A DNA stretch of 64,000 nucleotides, taken from NCBI GenBank assembly GCA_002269645.1, contig NIVC01000016.1, positions 682,001-746,000 of the forward strand, read 5' to 3'. This document shows, piece by piece, positions 23,830 to 34,800 of this stretch; within the stretch, counting starts at the first letter, position 1; each line of letters opens with the position of its first letter. The notes beneath the pieces were generated by a model. The model was not told the origin of the DNA, made no database searches, and was given only the letters and a program-made list of their open reading frames with translations. The position numbers were made by a program, and so were the translations under genes. This DNA comes from Macrostomum lignano. Taxonomy: Eukaryota.

Positions 23830-26800
23830 TGTGAGCCATTGATTTGCTATAGAGCGCCCACCCCATTTTTCCGGGTCCGTACGTCAGCCGGCTTTCTCTC
23901 TCTAACTCTCGCCCCCTTATCTGTACTCGTAGTAAGCAAAGTGTACATTTACGACCACCACCCCACGCAATGCAGTAGCCGACTAAATATTAAATAAATA
24001 ACATCGTCTCGCCCACTGTGGCTTTCGTACTTCTTCGTGCAACTGCCAAATCATGCATCAAACTCTTACATGGCGTCGCAAGCCATAGCACTATCGCCAC
24101 CTGGCACCTTCGATGCAGAAGGTGAGCCGCATACCATCGCACAAAAGTGGAAAAATTGGACTCGGCGCTTTGAGAGCTACCTTGTCGCGGCCGGCATCAA
24201 AGATGAAAATCAAGCTCAAGAAATCCTACTCTACTCAGCCGGCGAATTCATCCACTCGCTCGTCGAAGACAACAGCATTGCACGAGGCGAATCAGCCAAG
24301 AAACTAGCAGAAAACATTCAAAGCCACCTGGACAAGAAAAACAACATCGTCTTCCTACGATACATGTTTGAGACCTGCCGACAGCTAGAGGGCGAAGGAA
24401 TCGATGCCTGGTATGTCCGACTGAAGAAACTGGCGGAGCCATGCAAGTTCGGCGACTTGAGCAACTCGCTAATTCGGGACAAGATTGTGGCGTACTGCCG
24501 GTCTGAGAAAATGCGGCGCAATCTGCTCCAGTCAGGCGACATCAGCCTGGCTGACACGCTGACCAAGATCCGCGCCAGAGAAACAGCGGAGCGACAGGCG
24601 CAAGCAATGGAGCTCGGCAGCCGACCGGTGCCGGAGGACGTGGCAGCAGTGAGCAGCAGCGGCCGCGGCTCGAGAGCGGCAGACGGAAAGTCGCAGGTCA
24701 CCTGCAACCGGTGCGGCAGACAAGGGCATGCTGAATGCGACACCGCCCGGGGCAAGTCCTGCAGGAAATGCGGCAAAATCGGACATTTCGCCCGTGCGTG
24801 CAGGTCCAGTAAGGCCGGCCAGCTCAACGCCATCCCGAGCGAGCAGGAGAACGTGACCTACCTGCTGGACAAAGACTCAGCTCCAGTCCAGGAGGGAATC
24901 TTCCACGTGGCCAGTGATCCGGCGTCAGCGAGAGTGACCGCTCAAATCGGCGGCACCTCCATGGACATCCTTATCGACAGCGGGGCCGGTTGCAACATCA
25001 TGGACGTCAGCAGTTTCAATGGCCTGCCACACCGACCCCCACTGCAGCCAGCCAGCAGCCAGCTGTTTGCCTACGGAAGCTCGCACCCACTGAAGCTGGT
25101 CGGCAAGGTGACTCTGCCTGTAAATGTTTTTGGTGTCTCCAGAGACGCGCCCTTTTTTATATTCGACGGCAGGGGCGCGACGGTCCTTGGCAGAAAATCT
25201 GCAATCGAAATGGACATCCTCCGTATCGGCCCGCCCAGCAGTCAGCCGACACCCGAGGTTCTCGCCGTCCACCGATCAGAGGGCCTCATCGACCAACTGC
25301 TCAAAGGAAATCGACTAGCGGACGAAGGCCTCCCAGAGCAACTGCAGCTGAGCCACATCCTCACCAAGCACGCTCAGGTTTTCAGCGGCATCGGATGCGT
25401 CAAGAACTACACGGCAACGATCCACCTGACGGAGGACGCCAGGCCGGTCTGCCACGCGCCCTCAAGGGTTCCTGTTCACCTGGCCGCAGCGGTCGACAAG
25501 GAGCTCAAGCTGCTCGAGGACCTAGACATCATCGAGCCTGTCAACGGCCCGGCACCCTGGGTGGCTCGGATGGTCGTGGTGCCAAAGGCGCAGACCGGCG
25601 AAGTTCGAATCACCCAGGACCTCCGAGATGTCAACAGGTTTGTCATCAGGGAGCGACATCAAATCCCAACTTTCGAGGAGGTGACTGGGTGCATGGCAGG
25701 CGCCAAAGTCTTCTCGGAGCTGGATGTTGCCAAGGCTTTCTACCAGATCCTTGTGGCGGAAAGCTGCAGGAACCTGCTGACCTTCTCGACACCACGGGGG
25801 CTGCGACGGCTCAAGCGGTTGTGCATGGGCCTCTCCACGGCTCAGGAAATCCTCCAAGTCGTCATGTCAGGCATCCTGGCTGGACTCGACAAGGTCAAGT
25901 GGATTCATGACGACATCGTTGTTTTCGGGAACTCCTTGGAGGAGCACAACAGGAATCTGGCAGCATGCCTCGCCCGCCTCCAGCAGCACGGCGTCACGCT
26001 CAATCCCGAAAAGTGCAAGCTAGCCAGAGACAAGATCACATTCATGGGCATGCAGCTCTCAGCCAGTGGAGTGCAGCCCACCGAAGACAAGATCGAGACA
26101 GTCAAGGCATTCAAGGCTCCAGAGACCACCAGCCAGGTGAGGTCATTTCTAGGCCTTGTCAACTACCTGGCTGTGTTCACACCGCAGCTGTCAAAAATCG
26201 CTGAGCCACTGCGGCGCCTGACGAAGAAAGGCGCGGTCTGGAGATGGAGCGAAGCTGAAGACGCCGCTTTCAAGCAGCTGAAACAGCAGATCACGGAAGC
26301 CGGCGCCCTTAGCTTCTTCGACCAGAGACTGCGAACCGAGCTCATAGTCGACGCCGGTCCGAGGGGACTCGGAGCCATCTTGGCGCAGCGGCGAGAAGAT
26401 GGCACTTCAAGACCAGTGGCCTATGCCAGCCGGTCGCTCTCCGATGTAGAGTCCAGATACTCACAGACCGAAAAGGAGGCGCTGGCAGTGAAATTCGGAT
26501 GTCTCCGATTCCAATACTACCTGCACGGCGCACCTCGATTCGATGTGATCACGGACCACAGGCCGTTGGTCAACATGCTGGCGCCAGGGTCGAGGCCGCC
26601 TCCTAGAGTCGAGCGAATGGCTCTGCAGATTCAGCACATGAACTTCAAGGTGGTGTATCGCACAGGGCCCCAGAATGCGGCAGACATCCTCAGCCGACAA
26701 CCGCTAGCGACATCCGGGCACAACAAAGATGCACAGCAGAACTCCGCCAGCATCGGCGCGGTACTGCAGGCCGCGGTGCCGAGAGCGCTCACAGTAGAGG

Positions 26801-28582
26801 ACATCAGGCGGCACTCGCAGACTGACCCGCTGATCAAAGCCGCAATCGCCGCCATCCAGGGAGCCAGGTGGGACCTCGGCCACCCGGAGCTGAGGTCACT
26901 GTATGCACTACGAGACGAGCTTGCTGAGGAGGACGGAGTGCTGCTTCGGCGGGACAGGATTGTGGTGCCAAGCAGCCTCCGGGAGACAATGTTGCGCCTC
27001 GCACATGCCGGACACCTGGGACTGCGGAAGACACTGGCCAGGCTGAGCAGCAAAGTCTGGTGGCCAAAGATGAGCGCAGATGCGGACAAGGCCGTCAGCA
27101 GTTGCCGCAGCTGCATCATGACATCACATAAGCCGACAGTCAGCGCGACGCCACTGCAGTCGTCCAGCATCCCCAAGGGCGCCTGGCTGTCGATTGGCGC
27201 CGACTTCCTCGGTCCGGTGCAGAACAAGATGCTGCTCGTCTGCGTGGATCACTACTCCCGGTATCCCGAGGTGCAGGTCATGCAGTCTACTACAGCGGAG
27301 GCAGTCATCCCGAAGCTGCGGGAATCATTCTGCAGGTTCGGCATCCCAGAGGAGCTCGTTACGGACAATGGGCCTCCATTCTCGTCGGCGCAGTTCAAGG
27401 ATTTCCTCAGGAGCTTCGGAATTCGACACCGGGCCATCACTCCGCTCTACCCTGCGGCCAACGGCATGACCGAGCGCCTGAACAGATCGATCAACAAGGT
27501 CGTCCGCGCTGCAATCGCGGAGAGCAGGGACTGGCGCGAGGCTCTGGACGAGTGGATTCTGGCGTACCGGACGGCGCCACACGCCACAACCGGACGCGCA
27601 CCCGCGGAGCTGCTGATGGGCCGCGCTTTGGGCAACGGCGTCCCCGGCCGGCGGCCACCAGCGCGGGTGCGCATCAACGACAAGGAGCTGCGGGAGCACG
27701 ACCGCAAGCAGAAGCTGACGATGAAGCGGCACGCCGACGCTGCTCGAAGACCAAGAGAGCACAACTACGCGGTCGGCGACCAGGTGCTGCGGAAACGCGT
27801 CAACCCGCTGAAGGGCCAAACCCCATTTGAGAGCGAGCCCTGGACTGTGACCAAAGTGCAAGGCAACTCGCTGCAGCTACGGCGCGGTCAGGCCACTTGT
27901 CGGCGACACTGCACGGCCCTGAAGGCGCTGCCACCGGAGCCCGACCTGGTGGAGCCGCAGGCGGCGGCACCCGACGCTGCCGGCCCCGCCGACGTCGAGC
28001 AGAACGTGCCGATCGCCCGCACCCCGCATCCGAGAGCGGCGAAGGAGGGATTCAAAGTCTACACTTGATTGAGGGGGGGGGGTGATTTGATAGTCTTGAA
28101 ATCCGTCGCAACTGTTTAAAAATGTTTGAAACTGTTAAATGTCTTTTGTAACCTTTTGCGTTTTTTTCGTTTCTCGAAATGCTTTTATTCCGGCTGCGTC
28201 CGTTGTTTTTTTTTATTCAATGGTCAGCGGAAACCAATATTTTATTTCCCCTGCAATCGGTATGTCGTTCGAGTCTCCCCGCGCTTCGAATGCAAGCATC
28301 GAGTTTTCAAAAGTGATTTTCTTTTCTGCGTTGAGGAGAGATGTGAGCCATTGATTTGCTATAGAGCGCCCACCCCATTTTTCCGGGTCCGTACGTCAGC
28401 CGGCTTTCTCTCTCTAACTCTCGCCCCCTTATCTGTACTCGTAGTAAGCAAAGTGTACATTTACGACCACCACCCCACGCAATGCAGTAGCCGACTAAAT
28501 ATTAAATAAATAACATCGTCTCGCCCACTGTGGCTTTCGTACTTCTTCGTGCAACTGCCAAATCATGCATTAAACTCTTACA
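23830..28582 (+). mobile_element. Full-length Ty3/Gypsy LTR retrotransposon, very recent insertion
   Basis: 241-bp LTRs at 23830-24070 and 28342-28582 (TG...CA) differ by one visible substitution. 5-bp TSD CTGGA on both sides, TGGCG PBS-like site at 24071, and purine tract before the 3' LTR. Confidence 0.97.
24070..28068 (+). CDS. Gag-Pol polyprotein in a single uninterrupted ORF (Gag, protease, RT, RNase H, integrase)
   Basis: Two Cys/His knuckles (CNRCGRQGHAEC, CRKCGKIGHFARAC), protease LIDSGA, RT WIHDDIVVF, RNase H (VDAGPRGLGAIL, TDHRPL), and integrase HHCC plus D-D-E (ADFLGP, TDNGPPF, TERLN). Domain order is Gypsy. Confidence 0.95.
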   Translation: MASQAIALSPPGTFDAEGEPHTIAQKWKNWTRRFESYLVAAGIKDENQAQEILLYSAGEFIHSLVEDNSIARGESAKKLAENIQSHLDKKNNIVFLRYMFETCRQLEGEGIDAWYVRLKKLAEPCKFGDLSNSLIRDKIVAYCRSEKMRRNLLQSGDISLADTLTKIRARETAERQAQAMELGSRPVPEDVAAVSSSGRGSRAADGKSQVTCNRCGRQGHAECDTARGKSCRKCGKIGHFARACRSSKAGQLNAIPSEQENVTYLLDKDSAPVQEGIFHVASDPASARVTAQIGGTSMDILIDSGAGCNIMDVSSFNGLPHRPPLQPASSQLFAYGSSHPLKLVGKVTLPVNVFGVSRDAPFFIFDGRGATVLGRKSAIEMDILRIGPPSSQPTPEVLAVHRSEGLIDQLLKGNRLADEGLPEQLQLSHILTKHAQVFSGIGCVKNYTATIHLTEDARPVCHAPSRVPVHLAAAVDKELKLLEDLDIIEPVNGPAPWVARMVVVPKAQTGEVRITQDLRDVNRFVIRERHQIPTFEEVTGCMAGAKVFSELDVAKAFYQILVAESCRNLLTFSTPRGLRRLKRLCMGLSTAQEILQVVMSGILAGLDKVKWIHDDIVVFGNSLEEHNRNLAACLARLQQHGVTLNPEKCKLARDKITFMGMQLSASGVQPTEDKIETVKAFKAPETTSQVRSFLGLVNYLAVFTPQLSKIAEPLRRLTKKGAVWRWSEAEDAAFKQLKQQITEAGALSFFDQRLRTELIVDAGPRGLGAILAQRREDGTSRPVAYASRSLSDVESRYSQTEKEALAVKFGCLRFQYYLHGAPRFDVITDHRPLVNMLAPGSRPPPRVERMALQIQHMNFKVVYRTGPQNAADILSRQPLATSGHNKDAQQNSASIGAVLQAAVPRALTVEDIRRHSQTDPLIKAAIAAIQGARWDLGHPELRSLYALRDELAEEDGVLLRRDRIVVPSSLRETMLRLAHAGHLGLRKTLARLSSKVWWPKMSADADKAVSSCRSCIMTSHKPTVSATPLQSSSIPKGAWLSIGADFLGPVQNKMLLVCVDHYSRYPEVQVMQSTTAEAVIPKLRESFCRFGIPEELVTDNGPPFSSAQFKDFLRSFGIRHRAITPLYPAANGMTERLNRSINKVVRAAIAESRDWREALDEWILAYRTAPHATTGRAPAELLMGRALGNGVPGRRPPARVRINDKELREHDRKQKLTMKRHADAARRPREHNYAVGDQVLRKRVNPLKGQTPFESEPWTVTKVQGNSLQLRRGQATCRRHCTALKALPPEPDLVEPQAAAPDAAGPADVEQNVPIARTPHPRAAKEGFKVYT

Positions 28583-29184
28583 CTGGACATCCTCAGCTAG
28601 TCTCTTCAAGTATTTAGTCATCACCCCGACGCCGTCGACACCTTCAACAGATTACACCAGGTGAAAGACTGCGTTGCTCCGTTCCGGCGCAGCAAAAAAT
28701 TGCCAGGGTTCCCTCTTGGTAGTTCGACGGGCGGAAAAATGGCTTGGCATTCCTACTGTTAATACATGCACGAATGGTATTTTTTACCCTGCCAGCTAAG
28801 CGTACTACTTATAATCAGTAGAGAGAAGTAGAATGTTAAGGTTGCTGTCAGCAGGACAAAATCAAGGCCAGCAGACTTCTGCTCGCCACGAGTGCTGCTT
28901 GGATTCTCGGAGATAACGCTATAAACAAAATGTGACCCTACTCAGCTGCGTCTCAAAAGTGTACAAGACTGATAAGCCAAAGGTTCTTTAGACCGACCTG
29001 TACAATTTATATATGCTTATTTTGTTTGACGCTCTGGAGACAGCATTTCTTTCGGAGCAAACTCAAACCTTTTTGAGTATTCGAATTTGTTAACTGTCTA
29101 TTTAGGTAAGTGCAGGATCGGTTATTTGTTTTTTTATTCGACTACTAAAACATATTGCTTCACTTGTATTCTGCTTCCAAGCTT

Positions 29185-29478
29185 GCTTATGCAGCCAAGA
29201 GAGCAGGGCTTTGAAGGTCGGGGTTCGAATCCCGATCCCACTGGAAAAAAATGTGTCCTTGAGCAGGGCACTTAACTCTGCATTGCTTCAGTTCACCCAG
29301 CTGTAAAATGGGTGCCAGCATTAGCTGGGGTAATTGAGGGTGTGTGTGGCGACCCCCCAGTCCTTGGACTGAACAGCCGTACGCAGCCTTCAGATGCGCC
29401 GTGCAATAGCTGCGGCTGAGCTGTCGGTTGCACATCTAGCGCAATTATGGAAGGTGCATGTAATCAATTATTATTTAA
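29185..29478 (+). mobile_element. tRNA-derived CORE-type SINE
   Basis: B-box GGTTCGAATCCC at 29222-29233. The segment GTGTCCTTGAGCAGGGCACTTAACTCTG...CAGCTGTAAAATGGG resembles the CORE domain of MIR-type SINEs, and the element ends in an ATT-rich tail. Confidence 0.7.
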
Positions 29479-29867
29479 GCGAAACTGCTTAACCATACGT
29501 TCACTTAGTGCCGTGATGCCAAAGGTAATTTTAAGTGTTTTAAGCCCCATAGCATTTTATAATTATAATACACCAAAATAAAGTTATCTACAGTACTCTT
29601 ATCTCTGTGAACTATTGATCAAACAAAGTAAGCATTAGCTGTGATTGTGAAAACAGTCATGCCAGTCAGCTATCTGGCGCAGAACACATTTAAGGCCAGT
29701 TCTCACATCACCGCCACCAGCTCTGCGGGTCCAAAATTGCTCAAATCAATTTCGAAATGTGTCTGAACCAACTGCACATTGATTTGAGCAATCTTAGAAT
29801 CCTAAGTCATCCAATTACCCAAAAAGGGCCGTTCAAGATTTGTTATACTTTACTTGCATTCAGAAAC

Positions 29868-30161
29868 ATGAGCGACTGGGCAACGAGAAAGCCGGGCTCC
29901 GCCTACGGTGGCACCGACCGGGATCAGCTGCACTCGTCAGCCAGCTTAGTGGCCCGGTCGGGCAGATCCGGCGGCAGGCGGCTACTCAGCGCCCGCGAGC
30001 TGCTGCTCATCTGGCGGCCGCCGCGAGCACCTACTCGCAGGTGCCCGCACCTGGGGTCGGCGCCAGCCCCTACAACATCCAGGATGATGCGGCTGGCGAT
30101 GGGGCTCCGGCTGCCCTTCATTTCTGATTTGTTTCAACTTCACTATAATTTTATATTGTAA
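29868..30161 (+). CDS. Candidate small uncharacterised protein (97 aa, MSDWATRKPGS...) in a GC-rich exon
   Basis: Acceptor TTGCATTCAG|29864 precedes ATG 29868. The GC-rich island has high GC3 in this frame, and a possible upstream donor GTAAGT lies at 29106. No family recognised, and an alternative frame (29864-30127) is also open. Confidence 0.3.
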   Translation: MSDWATRKPGSAYGGTDRDQLHSSASLVARSGRSGGRRLLSARELLLIWRPPRAPTRRCPHLGSAPAPTTSRMMRLAMGLRLPFISDLFQLHYNFIL

Positions 30162-30321
30162 ATTGCAAACAATATATGATTTTTATATTGTACGTAATGG
30201 ACAATTTTCTAATGAGGTAATAAACATTTATTATTATTTTTATATGATGCTTTTCTCCAGAAAATTGTTTGATACTTAATCATCATTTTGAATGATGTGT
30301 TGATTCTGCTCGCATGCGTTT

Positions 30322-31030
30322 GGCAAGATCAAAGGCACTAGCGAGTTGGGCGGGAAGGTCAAAAAGAGACACTAGCGAGTGTGGCAAGATCAAAGAGACA
30401 CTAGCGAGTTCGGGGAGATCAAAGGACACTAGCGAGTTGAGCGGCAAGTGCAGAGACACCAGCGAGTTGAGCGGCAAGATCAAAGAGACACCAGCGAGTT
30501 GAGCGGCAAGATCAAAGAGACACCAGCGAGTTGAGCGGCAAGATCAAAGAGGCACTAGCGAGTTGAGCAGCAAGATCAAAGAGACACTAGCGAGTTGAGC
30601 GGCAAGATCAAAGAGACACTTGCAAGTGTCTGCAAGATCAGAGACACTAGCGAGTTGAGCGGCAAGATCAAAGAGACACTAGCGAGTTGAGCGGCAAGAT
30701 CAAAGAGACACTAGCGAGTTGAGCGGCAAGATCAAAGAGACACCAGCAAGTTGAGCGGCAAGATCAAAGAGGCACTAGCGAGTTGAGCGGCAAGATCAAA
30801 GAGACACCAGCGAGTTGAGCGGCAAGATCAAAGAGGCACTAGCGAGTTGAGCGGCAAGATCAAAGAGGCACTTGCGAGTTGAGCAGCAAGATCAAAGAGA
30901 CACTTGCAAGTGCGGCAAGATCAGAGACAAGAGCGAGTTGGGCGGCAAGATCAAAGAGAGACACTAGCAAGTGCGGCAAGATCAAAGAGACACTAGCAAG
31001 TTCGGCAAGATCAGAGAGACACTAGCGAAT
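30322..31030. repeat. 32-33-bp minisatellite (GCAAGATCAAAGAGACACTAGCGAGTTGAGCG)
   Basis: About 21 tandem units. Confidence 0.95.
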
Positions 31031-31807
31031 GCAACCAAGTCATAAAAGGATAACAATTGAAGTTGAATTGACAACTTACTACACGGATAATAAATGCAAT
31101 AAAATCGAAAAGCTAAATGATTCATTGTCGAAAAAGCAACGAGCCCGCAAGATGCATAACACTGTATAATAAGCTTTACGCGTGTATTAATGCCCAGGTA
31201 ACATTATTCATCAAAAGAAGTCCGACAAATAAGAAATAACAAAAGCATTGCAATAAATATTTACTAATCATGTCACAAATGAAACAAAATCCTTTCAATT
31301 TAGTTAGCCAGATAACCAGAGTTGCTAACGCTATGATTATAAGCATAGCTGGATAACCCATGATTATCTACGTGTATGGATCTACGAGTATTTATTAAAT
31401 TTTTAACTGAAAGGAATGTGCATGACACTGATTTAATATAATACTTTATAAAAACCTACACGTCCTTTTTATAATCTTAGCTGGATTCTGGAATAAAAAA
31501 TAACAAGTTTAACAGCGGCACTTTAGCGGTAGAAGCTGGCATCAGTAGTATAATAAGTGCACGAGCTTCTTATTTATGATAGCATGCTGTACATGCAACA
31601 AGGCCTAGCATTGACAGGTGGCACCAGGAAGATTTCGGTTGCAGGTCGTACGAGTTTGTTAAAAATTAAACTATATTATATTAAATTTTGGAAGCAAAGG
31701 TTCCGCATACGGTGAGTTACTATCATAGTCTGATGATTACTTATTAAAAAATCACGCCATCAGTTCTAAAGAGATGGACCAGGCGCCTGGCAGATTTTAA
31801 TCTGACT

Positions 31808-34800
31808 TTAGCCTTGCCTCAGCCGCTCCAGGGTTTGAGTCAGCAGCTGCACCTGGCCCTGAAATGCAAATAGTTGCTTGCCTAGGTAACCTTCGAACCT
31901 TTGAGCTCAAAAAAGATTCGAGTTCATAAAGATTCGAGTTCATGAAGATTCGAGCACAAGAAGATTCGAGCACATGAAGATTCGAACTCATAAAGATTCG
32001 AGCTCATGAAGATTCGAACTCATAAAGATTCGAGCACATGAAGATTCGAACTCATAAAGATTCGAGCACATGAAGATTCGAACTCATAAAGATTCGAGCT
32101 CATGAAGATTCGAACTCATAAAGATTCGAGCACATGAAGATTCGAACTCATAAAGATTCGAGCACATGAAGATTCGAACTCATAAAGATTCGAGCTCATG
32201 AAGATTCGAGTTCATAAAGATTTAAGCTCATAAATATTCGAGTTCATAAATATTCGAGTTCATAAAGATTTAATTTCATGAATATTTAAGCTATAAGGAT
32301 TCGAGCTCATGAAGATTAGATTTCATAAAGATTTGAATTCATGAAGATTCGATTTCATAAAGATTTGAATTCATGAAGATTCGATTTCATAAAGATTTGA
32401 ATTCATGAAGAATCGATTTCATAAAGATTTGAATTCATGAAGATTCGAGTTCATAAAGATTTGAATTCATGAAGATTCGATTTCATAAAGATTTGAATTC
32501 ATGAAGAATCGATTTCATAAAGATTTGAATTCATGAAGATTCGAGTTCATAAAGATTTGAATTCATGAAGAATCGATTTCATAAAGATTTGAATTCATGA
32601 AGATTCGATTTCATAAAGATTTGAATTCATGAAGATTCGATTTCATAAAGATTTGAATTCATGAAGAATCGATTTCATAAAGATTTGAATTCATGAAGAT
32701 TCGATTTCATAAAGATTTGAATTCATGAAGATTCGAGTTCATAAAGATTCGAAGTCATAAATATTAGAGCCAATAAAGATTCGAAGTCATAAATATTAGA
32801 GCCAATAAAGATTCACAGTCATGAAGATTCGAGGCTTCGAGCTGATAAAGATTCGAGCTCATAAAGATGAGACAGCACAGCTAACAGTAACAACAACGGC
32901 TCACCCTGGAGTGCTTGATCTGCAGTTCGGCCAGCTCCGTGAGATTCTTGTGCAGGTAGGCCACCCAGCGCTGCTTGAAGCTGATCAGCTCGGCCCTGGC
33001 CGCCTCAGAGATGGTGTTGAACGTGTTGAACGCCGCCTCCTGATCAGCCTCGGCCTTCTGCACCGCTTTGCCCTTAGCCCGGGCCTTTTCTAATTCTTTA
33101 TTAGCGGACTCAAAGTCGGCCAGAGCTCTGGCCCGCCTGTACAGCAGGTCCTTGGCGCTGTTGCAGTCGGACACGTAATAGTGCAGAGTGTCCGCCAGCT
33201 TCAGGTCGCTGTCCGAGGCTGTCCGGCCTTCCAGCTTGCGGTACCGTTCGCAGAACTCTGCGAATGAGCTCAGAAACCTGCCGGGTTCGGGGGCGGGCGG
33301 ACCGTTGGAATTTTAATTGGTTTCTGTGACATTTGAAGGCGATCGCGGTTGACTATGCACGGACAATGACTAGGGGCACCAGGCTAACCACGAACGTCAT
33401 CACCCGCAATCCACGACCATGCACATGCAGCCATCACCGGCAAACCATAAACTGGTCAGCACCCACAAATCCAGAAATCGGTCATCACCCTCAAATCAAA
33501 AACCGGTCATCACCCTCAAATCAAAAATCGGTCATCACCCACAAATCAGAAATCGGTCATCACCCACAAATCATAAACCGGTCAGCACCCACAAATCAAG
33601 AAATCGGTCATCACCCTCAAATCAAAAAACGGTCATCACCCGCAAATCATAAATCGGTCATCACCCACAAATCATAAATCGGTCATTACCCGCAAATCAT
33701 AAATCGGTCATCACCCACAATCCAGAAATCGGTCATCACCCACAATTCATAAATCGGTCATCACCCACAATCCATAAACCGGTCATCACCCACAATCCAG
33801 AAATCGGTCATCACCCACAATCCAGAAATCGGTCATCACCCACAATCCATAAACCGGTCATCACCCACAATCCAGAAATCGGTCATCACCCACAATCCAG
33901 AAATCGGTCAGCACCCACAATCCAGAAATCGGTCATTACCCACAATACAGAAATCGGTCATCACCCGCAATTCATAAATCGGACATCACCCACAAATCAT
34001 AAATCGGTCATCACCCGCAAACCATAAATCGGTCATCGCCCACAACAGAGATTAGCCTCGGGGCGCTAAACTCACTCCGCCAGCCCATCGTCCCGTTCAA
34101 ACTTGGTGCAGGCGGAGGCGCAGGCTGACACGCGAATGTAGGTGTCCGCGGTGGCTGAAACAGGTTGCCAATTCGAAATTGTAATAGATCAATAAATCAA
34201 ACATGCCAGCAACCCAGATGGGAAAATCCGAGCACCTTTATAATGCCGATTCATCCTGTCAGCCTCGGACAGAGCGGACCTCAGATGCCCGTAGAACACG
34301 GTGATGAAGCGTTTCTGAGCCTCAAAAAATTCGTCTTTCTCTTTTTGAGTTGACAGAATTGCGTCATCGACAGTTTTCCAGCCGGTCTTGAGGAAGCCCT
34401 GCACCATCTCGCGCTTGTTCTTGGACCGGACGCTCAGCTGGGTTGGGAAGGGAGAATCGGGCATTAACCTAAGGGGGACTCTCTCAGGAGTAGAAGGGCG
34501 ATTCTCACGGGAGTAGAAGGGCGACTCTCTCAGGAGTAGAAGGGCGATTCTCTCAGGAGTAGAAGGGCGATTCTCTCAGGAGTGGAAGGGCGATTCTCTA
34601 ATGAGTAGAACGGCGATTCTCTCGGGAGTAGAAGGGCGACTCTCTCAGGAGTAGAAGGTCGATTCTCTAATGAGTAGAACGGCGATTCTCACGGGAGTAG
34701 AAGGGCGATTCTCTCAGGAGTAGAAGGGCGATTCTCTCAGGAGTAGAAGGGCGACTCTCTCAGGAGTAGAAGGGCGATTCTCTCAGGAGTAGAAGGGCGA

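Noticed and set aside
23640-28760. Coding exon disrupted by the Gypsy insertion
   Set aside because: Rejoining the flanks at CTGGA gave only short frames with stops on both strands and no recognisable protein.
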